From NCBI RefSeq assembly GCF_018350175.1, contig NC_058368.1, positions 167,588,001 to 167,652,000 on the forward strand: DNA of 64,000 bases, written 5' to 3'. Under the pieces are notes generated by a model. It had not been told where the DNA came from. It searched no databases and was given only the letters and a program-made list of their open reading frames with translations. The position numbers were made by a program, and so were the translations under genes. Below, one piece after another: positions 1 through 12,000 of this stretch (position 1 is the stretch's first letter; each line of letters opens with the position of its first letter). Origin of the DNA: Felis catus. Taxonomy: Eukaryota.

Positions 1-129
1 TTTCAAAGGAGCAAAGTCAAATGTATTTTTCACTATATTGGGCAAATGTAACATACTGTTACATAATACATCCCTGCAAAAGCCTTTTATTCCACTATAT
101 TCCAAGAGTTAGCTCTTTCAGGATATATA

Positions 130-567
130 ATCTTCAGTAAGCATTTATTGAGCATGAACTATGTGCCCATTACCATGCTTGATTAAGGAAACAGAGTGGG
201 GAAAAACAAAGAAAGTCCCTACTATTAACTTACAGGCAAAAGAGAGAGAGAGAGAAACTAAAATGATTAGTACAATAATAGTTTTGTCTATAAAATTTTA
301 GGTGCATGGAAGCAGGAATGACTACTACTATGGCCTGGAGACGTGAAGAATAAACATGAATAACATGGAGAAGAGGGGTAAGAACATTCCAGATTTGGAT
401 CACCATGTTTGAAAGGAGGTGAGAAATTATGAAACTTTAAGAGAAAGGAAAGTAATATGGAATGTCTAGAAAATAGTGGGAAAGCAATGGTAACATTAAT
501 ATGAGAAGATGGGGCTAGAAGGTAAAGAGTCATCCTACAGGAAATGTGGAACAAAGGTTTCTAAGCA
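130..567 (-). mobile_element. Ancient L2 LINE fragment, interrupted by the L1 at 584
   Basis: 'tcagtaagcatttattgagcatgaactatgtgcc' resembles the L2 3' end on the reverse strand. Degenerate L2-like sequence resumes after ~1195. Confidence 0.6.
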
Positions 568-583
568 AAAGAAAGATGTGATC

Positions 584-1095
584 CCCCATGTTCACCACAG
601 CATTATTTACAGTAGCCAAGACAGGGAAACAACCTAAGTGTCCCCTGATGGATGAATGGATAAAGAAAATAAATACCATATGATCTCACTTACATGTGGC
701 ATTAAAAAAAAAAAAGCTCATCAATAATTGGCAGTTGCCAGAGGCAGGGTTTGGGTTGAACAAAAGGGGTGAAGGGGATCAAAAGGTACACTCTTCCAGT
801 AATACGATAAGTAAGTCCTGGGAATGTCAATGTGCAGTGTGCAGACTACAGTTAATGATACTGTAGTGTGTACCTGAAAGTTGCTAAGAGAGCAGATCTT
901 AAGAGTTGTTATCATAAGAAAACAATTTTGTAACAATCTATGGTGATGATGTTAACCAGACTTACTGTGGTGATCATTTTGCAATATATACAAATATTAA
1001 ATCATTGTTTTACACCTGAAACTAATGTAATACTAAATGTCAATTTTACCCCAATTAAAAACACACGTGCACACACATAACAATAACAAAAAGGG
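584..1095 (+). mobile_element. 5'-truncated L1 (end of ORF2 region plus 3' UTR; L1MA/L1_Carn-like) with 16-bp TSD
   Basis: L1 hallmarks 'cagcattatttacagtagccaaga..aacaacctaagtgtcc..gatgaatggataaagaaaat' and 'gtggtgatcattttgcaatatatacaaatattaaatcatt..tacacctgaaactaat'. TSD AAAGAAAGATGTGATC at 568-583 and at about 1096-1111. Confidence 0.88.
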
Positions 1096-1195
1096 AAAGA
1101 AAGATGTGATCAGACTGAATGTCAATTTTACCCCAATTAAAAACACACATGCACACACATAACAACAACAAAAAGGGAAAGAAAGATGTGATCAG
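1032..1195 (+). repeat. 82-bp tandem duplication (2 copies, 3 mismatches)
   Basis: 1032-1113 versus 1114-1195. Confidence 0.95.
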
Positions 1196-1639
1196 ATTCG
1201 TGTTCTCAAAAAATAACCAGACAAGTTAGCCAGACAGGCTGGCTAAAGAAAACTTTAGCAGAAAAATCTAGCAGAAAATGGATTGGGGGGCAAGAAGTAA
1301 AGACAAAAGGATAAGAATCCACCACAAGCAAGGTTCCATGGTTCGGAAATAAGGTTCTGTGCTCCCAAGCTTCTGCTTCCATCCCTTGAATCACTGACAA
1401 GGGTTCTTGTCCCAGGAAGCAGGACTGGCCTACTCTCTACCTAGGGGAGGTCACTCGTCACACTAGGGATGAGTGCCTAATTCAAGGTAAAAAGAAACAC
1501 TAGTGCCCAAACTTACTACTTTCGTCTTCTCAACCAAAAGAACCCAACTAAAACAATGTGGCCTGGCTAAGGTCAAGTTTTTAAATTAACAAAATTAAAA
1601 AACTGATTATGTGTAGAAAGCCAAGGAACACCAAGGTTT

Positions 1640-1830
1640 TTAGAGAATGTGTTTTGGAACTGGAAAGACTGAATATATCTGCTTGGCTGCACCCCTGCAT
1701 GACCCTGAGGGAGTTACTTCCCAATCTGTTTTCTTATCTGTCAAACAGGAATAATACCTAATGCATTGGTTGGTAATGAGGGTTAAATGAGAATTACTAA
1801 AAACACTATAACTATCATCATCATTATTAA
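1640..1830 (+). mobile_element. MIR SINE
   Basis: MIR core 'tctgttttcttatctgtcaaacaggaataatacc..gagggttaaatgaga'. Confidence 0.7.
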
Positions 1831-1854
1831 AATGGGGATAAGAAAGAGGAAAGA

Positions 1855-2086
1855 GGGATGCCTGGGTGGCTCAGTCGGTTAAGTGTCTGACTTCAGCTCA
1901 GGTCATGATTTCACAGTTTGTGGGTTTGAGTCCTGCATCGGGCTTTATGCTGACAGCTAAGAGCCTGGAGCCTGCTTCAGATTCTGTGTCTCCTCCTCTC
2001 TCTGCCCCTCCCATGCTTGTGCTCTGTCTCTCTCCGTCTCTCAATAATAAATAAACATTAAAAAAAAAAAAAAAAAAAAGAAGAAG
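1855..2086 (+). mobile_element. CanSINE (SINEC_Fc-type)
   Basis: gggatgcctgggtggctcagtcggttaag head, CT-rich tract, aataaa and poly(A). TSD aagaaagag(g/a)aaaga at 1840-1854 and 2087-2101. Confidence 0.95.
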
Positions 2087-4926
2087 AAGAAAGAGAAAAG
2101 AGAAGAGGATGTCACACGCACCATTTTGGTAGATCTGAGTTGATCTTAATATAAAAGAAAAAGCAAGTTAATATGAGTTTGGTTTTAGATGAGCTGTTTT
2201 TAGAGTGAAGAGAGTCTGGTATTGGAGACAGACGCGCACAGGTTATTGGAGATAAGAACCTCCTCCTGTACATGACTTTCCCTTGATTTGATATTGTTTC
2301 CAGAACTTCTACTGAATCCCTGTATTGCCCCATTTTTATCTAAATGCATGGCTGCCTGAAAACAAACAAAACCCTTCATATTATAGGCTGGGCCCTCCTT
2401 GCAGATAATGATTAAGTAATGGCCAATGTGACACAGCAGATGTGGGAGGATATGCTCCTCTTCATTCCTTTTTCTATCCTGGAGCCCAGAAGTTGAATCT
2501 GATGACTAGAGCGTTACGGCCATTGTGAATCATACTAACTACAACTTACCTAATACCTCCATTAAGCTACTGTGGTAGGCAAATCATTTCATATTCATTC
2601 TCTAATTCAGTCTCTATATCTCTATAACAACACTCAATATTACCATTTGATTTTTACTTCTTGGAAAATGAAGGTGTATTGAGTTTGGGTAATTGATTTC
2701 AGAGTCGCACACGTTAGTAATCAAGTCAGAATTGACTCAATCAAGGCAGTTCTAACCACTGCACAGTCCTGCTAGCATCCAAGCCCAGAACTTTCTAAAT
2801 CCAAGGTATTCCTCCTAACCACCACATGGTAGTGCTTCTCCAGATGTGTTTTACTCACTTTCATTTCATCTAGGGGGTGCCAGTGAAAGTGCTAATGAGC
2901 AGTGAGGTGATGGGAGAGGGAGAAGGAAGAAAAGAAGGAGGACACTGGTAAAGTTTAAGGTCATTCTCCTCTGAATAATGTAGTTAACCTTACTACTTGG
3001 GTCCTATGATTTGCTCAACACTGAACCTAACTGAAAATCACTTTCCTTTAACCATCATGTAAAGCTACTTAGTAAAGGTTCACATTTGCTTTCATGTCAA
3101 GTTCTCTCTTATCTAAATCCAGAACTGTACCAAGTTCAGATTAAATTCCAAAATGTGAACAGAAGCACCAAATCCTCACCTATTTTCAGCTTCCTGGTTT
3201 AGATGTATAAATAAATCATGTGAAATGCATAGAAAAACTCGTCTCTTTCTCTCCTAACATTTAATGATAATTTATAGCCCTAGAACATTTGTAAATTTAA
3301 CAGCCCATCAAAGTGTCTGAGAGCACACCAGTTCTAAAGACTCATTAAGTGACATTAAACATAACTTTCCATGAAGTACTGTACCGCACGAATGGGTGGG
3401 CAGGCTGGTGAACAGCCACCACTACAATAATTTATCGTTTGTAATTTTGCCTTATTACTTGCAAAAACATTTGCTAAAGGGAAGGCAGTCACTTACTTCA
3501 CTATTTTGTCAATGCTATAAATTACAAAAGCAGAGAAATCCTTTATGATCATAAGAATGTGCTAATTCTTTCTCCAGTCACCCACAAATGACAAGGAAGA
3601 AGTTTTTGGTAAAATCTTGTAGGATTTTAAAAATTCGTTTCTTTGAATAGGGTTGTAATGTTCCCAATGCACCTCCCCCCATTCAAAGAACCTCAGCAAA
3701 ATGAAACCAAAAAGTGTAGAATTTTTTCCCAGTACACAAGTGGGAGACTCTCCTAACTTTATCCAACTTTCCATAAAATGGAATTTCTTTTGCTCCACAA
3801 ATAACTAAAGAGATAAGGCCTGTGTATCCAGTGTAACTGGATTTTACAATACCACAAATAGCTACCTCAATTTTGTCAAGCCACTCATCCTACCTTTAAT
3901 AAAACTGGAACAATAACCAATGTTATAAAAGGGAATATTAACTTGAGGCTGACAATGACCACAGACTAAGTTGTAATGACAAAAGTCGGGTGAAAGTTTA
4001 GCATTCCCACTTGTGTAAGAAACACCCTTCCCATGTTTTCCTTAAAATAATCCAAGCAGATAACCAACAACATTATGCAACCGTCACAGTTTTCATTTTT
4101 TCACTAAACACTATATGATTGCATATTTAACAAAATTCAAAAGTTTTAACGACCAGTGCATTAAGCAAAATATAATAATTGAGCTGATAACATAATTTTT
4201 ACCAATATAATGTAGATCACTTATTTGGTTTAAGCTTCGCTTAAAAGTCAAGGTATTTTTTTTCCCCTCGCCTTCTAGACATGTGGTCCCCAAGTCCCAG
4301 CACAACTGTCTGCATTTCTTTGCCAAATCCTGCACATCATTTTTACTAACTTTGTTGACTAAAAATATTCTCTCCACAAATTTCAACAACTTCGTGGTGA
4401 ATTTCTGCAGCAGAAATAGTTTTCCTATATGAAAGTTAAGTCATGGAATTAATTTCACCTCAAAAGAGCAGTCATTTTGAAAATGACCCCACCAAAGTCA
4501 CAAATAATCTTACCTAATTCACTTTATAGGATTCCTATATATATGTGACATCTGTGATACTCCCAGAGAAACTGGTGGCTGCTATATGTAACGTGTTGGT
4601 TGTTTACCTTTTAAACTTCCTTTCTGAATAACACTATTTAAAGGGAAAAAATACAGCTTTCACAAAGATTGTATTTTACCCATAAAGGTTCACTTGCCAA
4701 CTACTGAATATAGTCCCAGACAAACAGTTCAAAAGCAATTTCAGTGATTTTTATCGGGCTCATTGTAATGTTTCCATAAACTTTCCGTGCTCAGATATAG
4801 CATGCACGAGGCCGACCCATCTAAATATGGCTGACAGATTTGTCAATTGAGAGAAGAAACACTGTCACCAAAACAACTTCCAAACTTACGCTGCAGTAAT
4901 GAATTTTAAAAATTCTATTCAGGGTT

Positions 4927-5148
4927 GGGGCACCTGAGTGGCTCAGTCGGTTAAGCGTCCGACTCCTGATTTTGGCTCAGGTTGTGATCTCATACACAGT
5001 CCATGAGATCGAGCCCTGCATGGGGCTCTGAAGTGACAGTGTGGATCCTGCTTGGGATTCTCTCTCTTCCTCTCTCTCTCTCTATCCCTCCATCTTCCCC
5101 GTATGCATGCTCTCTCTCTCTAAATACATAAATAAACATTTTTTTTAA
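4927..5148 (+). mobile_element. CanSINE (older subfamily)
   Basis: ggggcacctgagtggctcagtcggttaagcgtccgact head, CT tract and A/T tail. Diverged TSD aaaaattcta(t/c)tcag. Confidence 0.93.
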
Positions 5149-7539
5149 AAAAATTCTACTCAGAGCTTGTAACAAGGGAGCCCTTTTTTTTCCTTTGCCT
5201 GAATATACCCAGTTGTTTGACTCAGTCGATTGAATTTAGTTGGTCATTCTGACTTTAAGTAGCTTGGCTGAATATGCTCCAATTTGACAGGTGAGGTGTT
5301 TTGATACTGTCTCACGTGCATTTCCATATCTAGCAACCACCAGTAAGTTAGCATGATCGTTAAGTCCACAATTAGCCAATTTCTTCCAATATGTATGTAC
5401 AAAGCAGAACCAAGACAAGTGAAAAAAATCTTCAGGCAGCATGCTTCTTCTTTCCTGTCACTAACACCAATTTATATAAACTACGTAATATGATAATTTG
5501 AAACACTTTGTTCACATCTAAAATTATAATTTTAATTCCTTATTAATTGGTGTTAAGTAAGAATTACCAGATTATTCCAAAGCTAATATCCCATAATAGC
5601 AAGCAGACACAGGTTGAGCAGTCATCTAAAATTAGCTTATTCACTGTAAAATAAAGATTGAATGTTAAGGTATAAAATTATTCTAAATCCCCAAACACAC
5701 CAGAACCAATTGTGAAATTAAATGTGACACTTTCCATAATTCAAACTACAGTACTTGATTTTCGTCTTTCTCCTCAGCTACCTCTAAATTAAATTAGTCT
5801 TATTGATTATAACTCAGAAATCCCTGTCTTGTTACCATGATTTTCAAATTTTAATAAAATGTACAATTCAGCTGTACATCGTTAAGTCGGGTTTCTTAAA
5901 TTACAATATATAGGAGATCAAATATAACCTCTATGAGTATCTCAATACTACAGTTTACAAACACAGTGAAAGGCAATTTCTTTGCCAGCTTAAAACAATT
6001 GATAAATTCATGCATCACAAGCCTGTTTTCGGTCTTCCGTGACAGATGATCACTCATTATTGAAGTAAGATCTTATGAATTGATTAGCAGTGTTATGCAA
6101 CTAAGCGCTGGCTGTACAGAGGTCCTGGAATGAAACAGAAGCCCTAGTCCAATTAATATGTGTTACTATATACAAATGATTGTTAATAACTTTAGTAAAA
6201 GCAGAACCACCCAATTAAAATGCACAAGTTGTTATGCTAAGAAACAGAAGAGTACACTGTACATTTTCCATAAATTTGCTAATGAGATACGTATACCATG
6301 GATAGCAGCTTTGTTGGTGCAAAAGCCCATACTGGGTACTTGGTTCTGATCAAACATCTCTCTGGTGTTTACATACATAGTAATAACAGCCTCAAAGAAC
6401 ACATGTATTCAACTCAGGTAGTTTCGGCATGACTTTCAACATATGGGGATTTGGATTTGGTTTTGATTTTTTTACTTCAGAGAAAATATTTCTTAACAGC
6501 ATTTCCTTGACCATCATAGTTGATGGAGCCTAGAATCCTGGTCCTTACTAAGAACAGAGAGGATAAGTTAACCCTCTGCCTCACATCCAGACCATTCCTC
6601 CTGCCTCCTGAGTCCAAAGCTGTGAACCCAATTCACAAGCCGTCCTTATTTGTAAACGGTCCTGAGATGACTCTCATCATGGCTAATATTGGATATTATA
6701 CAGCATCATCAAATATGCTGTAATGATTCCTGTTATTTCATTAACTGTTGCTTTTTTCTATTAAAGAATAGATGTGCACCCCCTTTTCAGTCTTTTTGTT
6801 ATAGTAATATTTAGGTGATTTATTTCTAGCTTTCATTTTTTCTGTTTAACTTTGGTGAAGTTAATATAAAAATAGCACTAAAGAGAGATATTAGAGGACC
6901 TGGAGGAACTGATTTGAGCTCTCATCTCTCTTCTTCCAACAAATGGGGATGAAACATTCATTTTCCCCACACAGATATAATAATAAATGTTATTAGCCCC
7001 TTTATCACCTGAGGAATTGTCACCGAGGGAACGTTTTGCATGCAAATGCCTGTATCAGAGTTACCTTCTGCCTCAACTGAATGCAAGCCAAGGTTTCATT
7101 AAATAGTGCTTGGTCATTTACAACACACAGCAAAAATAACTGAGGATGCTACGTAAGATGAGAACACATTAGCAGTTAAAGAGCATTAAGCTATTGTTTC
7201 TGTGTCATAAGTCACCAATTCTCAGCTGTAAATACATTTATACATTTAATTGTAGTGTTTCATTTATCGAATCATGTATTTTATATTATGATGAATTTCA
7301 ACTTCCATTACCACAATGATGTTTACACAAGCTGCAAACATTTGTTTTTACTAGAGGAAAATTTAAGTCCTATTCATTAGTACTGCTCACTGTCAATTTA
7401 TGAAATACATTTATTTTCACCATCAGAGCTATACCATACTTAATTTCAAAATATATGTCATTGCTCAATGAGAACACATTACAATGGAGCATCAAGATTA
7501 ACTAGGCTAAATCTACAGTAATCCACCAGTCAAAAAATA

Positions 7540-7770
7540 AAAATGAGTACTTATTAATTTCTTACGATGTGCCATGCACGAAACTAAGCACTTCACATAC
7601 ATTAACTGAATGTCATCTGTAAGATAACACTGTGAGGTAAGCACTGTTATCATTCCTATTTTACAGATAGGAAAAAGTGATGCACCAAAAAGTTAAAGAA
7701 CTTGCCTAAGACTGCACTGTCAGTAGGTGGCAGGTAATTGGTTCTAGAGCTTACACTCTAAATTCTAAAT
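7540..7770 (-). mobile_element. MIR SINE
   Basis: 'ctgtgaggtaagcactgttatcattcctattttacagatagg..aagttaaagaacttgcctaag'. Confidence 0.8.
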
Positions 7771-8429
7771 AAGCCAGCATGTCATGATGACTCTTAAAAA
7801 GTCTTACATGAATCAAATGCTGTGTATTACCAGATCCAGGAAAACTTTGATTTTAAAAACAAAGTAATAGGCTTATTAAGTTATGCATATTGTAGTACTT
7901 TAGAAAGTTCACGTTAGGTATAGTCTCAAAAACGTATTCACATATAAAATGAAACTCAAAACGCAAAGCAACTCAAAGAAATACTTTGTATAAATTCAGT
8001 ACCTCTTGCTCTACTTTCCCAAATCTACTCATTATGAAAATTTGTCAGTAGGCATATATAATACTGAAAGTATTTCTTTTTGTTTGCTATTTAGACTACA
8101 AGCTATTCATGGTCTGGAAAAGCAGCTAATCTATACATTATTGAAAATGTCACACCATATTGTACCCAGAGAACCTTTGATAAATACTAAATATTACATT
8201 GACAATGAGTAATGGCAACTGAAAACAAAATTACAATGTAACTCAAAGATGAAATATGATGCTGAAATAAAATGGATGTGAGTCCCATTTAAGCTGTCCC
8301 TTAGTCTTTTGAGGTCTGTGAAAAGAGTAGTCCTTATTTAGGACAAAGGGAGGTCGTATTTTTGAGGTCTGGAAAAGATAATGACAACACTCCTGATTAA
8401 TTACACAATACTAAAAAATGAATCATGTT

Positions 8430-8700
8430 TTAGAAATAAGGATGGACAAGCCATCTTATATAGTTATTTTATTTTCTGCATACAGAGAAGAAAATGCAGA
8501 AGGACTAGCATATTATCTGAAAGTGTGGGTTTTAGGTATCCTCAATGATTTTCTTAAAGTCTCACTTATTTGCCTCTGGTGAAAGGAACAGGGGTAGAAA
8601 GAAAGGAGATATTTTCATTTCATAACTTTGAGCTGCTTCTGTACTGTTTGAAAATTACTATGTGCATGTTATTACCTACTACTTTAATATAAATAAAACT
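8430..8700 (+). mobile_element. Old L1 (L1ME-like) 3' fragment
   Basis: 'ttctgtactgtttgaaaattactatgtgcatgttattac' resembles L1ME 3' ends; highly diverged. Confidence 0.45.
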
Positions 8701-8829
8701 TTGTGAGTCTATAGTCAATCAAAAATTGTGATATTTAAGCAAATTCTACTTATAGTTGTTTTAAATAAAGTCAACAATTCTAAATATTCTGCATCTAAAA
8801 CAATAGGCCAGAGAAAAAAGTACAAAACT

Positions 8830-9050
8830 GTATGTAAAAATATATATAAACTTTATACTTTCCAAATGGAAATATGGAATATATATAGGCATATATGTGA
8901 ATTCATATACATATTTATACTTCTATATGTGTACTTCTATATATACTTATACAATATATAATACATAGAACATAATACACGTATAAATATGTAAATATAC
9001 ATATGTATAAAGTGTACATATATATGTACATAGTACAGACATATATATAA
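8830..9050. repeat. Degenerate (TA)/(TATG) low-complexity tract
   Basis: Alternating TA/CA-rich sequence read directly. Confidence 0.85.
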
Positions 9051-12000
9051 CTTTTGCCTATAGTGAAATTAAAAGAGTGTAATTGTATACATGCACCTTG
9101 CAAATATAGTTTTCTTGGACACCAAAAAACTACTATTTTACATGAAAACAATTCCTATAGAACACTGATGGATATGAAATAAGTAATTCCTACCAAATGT
9201 TTATTTTATACCTACTTTTTTATAGAAGTGAAGTATAATTTGGTGATCAGAGATGTATATTTTCTAACAAAAACTAAAGACAAATAGTTATTTACAACCT
9301 CTTAAATTATCTCTATACCACAAAATATTTTAACCATCCTCAAATGAGAAAAGAACTGACTCCCTTAAAGAAAAAAAAGAAGAGGAAAAATAAAGTTATC
9401 AGAAGGGCTTTTCAAACCTTTAGTCAGGATCAGATTTCACAAAGCAATACATGCATTTGGATGTTTTGCATTTATTTGAAATTTCTTAGGTATCACTCTG
9501 ATTTTCTTCCTACATTATAATGGGCTGGAGGCCAGTTCCTGAAGGAAAAAGGAACAAGCCTCTTGAAAGGGAGCCCTGCACCAGCTTCCAGGAGGCCTTG
9601 GAGAGGCACTGGCCCCAATACCTAAGTCTCCCAGCCACCAGTGCCTAGCACAAGACTGAGAGAAGGAAGAACAGATAGGGTGACGTGAGGGGTAACACGG
9701 TACAAACAACTGCCTGTTTCATTCACTCTTGTCTTTCTCCTTTCTCTCCTCTTTGCTTTCTCTTCTCTCAAGGACCCTGTCTTTTTTCCCCATCTCCCTT
9801 AGCTCTTCTTGTTTTATTCCAGTCTTCCCTTCTCCTCTTGGTCTCACTCACTCTCCACTACTTCCTTCTCCAGTGTATTTTTTCTCTCCTCTGACATATT
9901 TCACTTGTAAACGATGCCCGTCCAAAAAACCTTGGCATGCTTGCAAAAATACACAAAATTCTAATACTTTGGGAAAAATATAGACACAGTACATGAGTAA
10001 AACTAGCAAATATTGGATCCTTCCTCTCTCTCTCTTCATTACACCTGCAAGCCCCATCTTGTGGACTATCTACTTTTCCCCTCATTTTAAGCACACTATT
10101 CTCTACCTTCTTGTTTAGCCTTTCCTCCAGTGTCCTTTCCCCCTCTTCTTTGTTCTCTGCATCCTTATTACCCTCACTGAAGAACATTTTTCATAATTAA
10201 CTGAGTGCTCCATGTCCTTCCACCTCCAGTACACGCAAGATCCTACCAAATTTTATCCAGGAAACACTTCCTTCACTCATCTTTTCCCCTCTCCTTAATA
10301 AGCCTACAGCAGAAAATCTGGAGGGTGTGTCTCAAACGAACATTCCCCTGGGATAGAAATAACACTGTGCGTAGCACACTTTTTAACCCACCATAGGGAA
10401 TCTCCAATATGGTTGTTGAAGACATCCTTTGAAAATATCTTCTTAATCTATTCATATACCCAAAAAATATTTTATTTAAATTAAGTTAAAAAATACCAAA
10501 TTAATTGGGCCAAGATTACATTTTAGAATTCACCTCAAAGTTCAGTATTTCATGTCTCTTTATTTGCATTGAAACCTGCACTAAATTCACTCTCGTTACA
10601 AGTGCACTTTTAGAGTATTTTCCATTCCTTGCTTTCCAATAAATGTACACTGAGGTATAACCAGAAAGAAAGGTCCTTTAATAGTCTAAATTGAGTTCAT
10701 TTTTTTACGTGCACTCTGCTTTTGAAAAATCTCTTCCTGCTTTCATTATTTGTAAGCCGTTTGTTAATCTCAATACCAATCAGGCCAAGATTCAGGGTCC
10801 TTTTCTGAAGTGAACTCCTCCTCCAAAAACATAATAAATGTGTTTTTCATGATGAATTACATGTAAACCAGCCAGCTCTACTCAAGAGCCAGGACCAACA
10901 TGCAATTAGCCTGCAGAAATCTGATGTGCTCTTTCCCCCTTTCCTGTTCCTCTCTGCATGGAAAAAGCAAAAAAGGAAAAATTTCCTGACCAGACGCCAA
11001 GTAAGCCCCAAACTTGAGAGGCGTCCTCGGTGATGGGCAGTGGCCCCGCTCCCACTCAGCCCAGCCGGTGGAGCCCCCACCGCCTCCCTGCGCTGCTGTG
11101 GCATATTACTTCCGCTTTTCTAACTTTTCCACTTCTGAGCACCATCAATTATGCACTAGAATAACAGAGGCCTGGCAAGGCAGTGTAACATAAAGGCCGA
11201 TTATGACGATAAATAATTTAAACACCTGCGTGCCATGTTCCTTTTACCACTGATAGGAGGCTGGGGGCATGTGACTCGCACTGAAGAGTCAAATGCACAC
11301 AATGACCAGTGTGGAGAGAGCAGACAATACACTCACCAGTGAACCTTCCTGTTCACTGTCCACTGGGAGGAAAGGGACAAAACCAATGCCCTGCTCACAA
11401 AGGTAATCACTTGCTAAAAGTGATTAAGAATTGTAAAAGACACAGATCCTAATAAATGACGTGGATTGTTAGCACCAGACGCAGCCCAGGAAGTGCAGGG
11501 AACAATAGTGTAGATGTCTTTGGCATCTTTTACCTTCCAGAAAAAGGTAAACAATTGCAAACACAATGATTTTAAGAAAAAAGCCACACTGTTTTCATGC
11601 AAAGTTACTCAAACCTGACTAAAATCCAGACCTGGAGTGCTCTTTACTACAGAGTTCTATACGTCTGGTGGTAAAGTATAATTGGGGGCTGGCTGGAGAT
11701 TAACAGATGTAGGGATTCGTGGTCTAACATTTTTTTTTAAATGACCCTCCCCACCTCTCAACTGTGATTCAGAAACACCCCAAGTATCTCTATTAGTATG
11801 CTACTTTTTAAATTGTAATTTGAAAATTCACGGCTGAGAAGAATCTTTTATATGTTCAAAGAGTGCAAAGAAAACAAGTATTCTCCCCACAATGCTCTGA
11901 AAGCTCAAAACTCAGTAACACGGACTGTGTCCGAGTGCCAGGAAGATATTATTCCTCATCCGCCATAGGCCAGCTAAATTGTAAACTGGGTCTCTAATGG

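Noticed and set aside
9710..10170. CT-rich stretch producing several hydrophobic ORFs
   Set aside because: Low-complexity composition explains the Leu/Ser/Phe-rich frames; no exon evidence.
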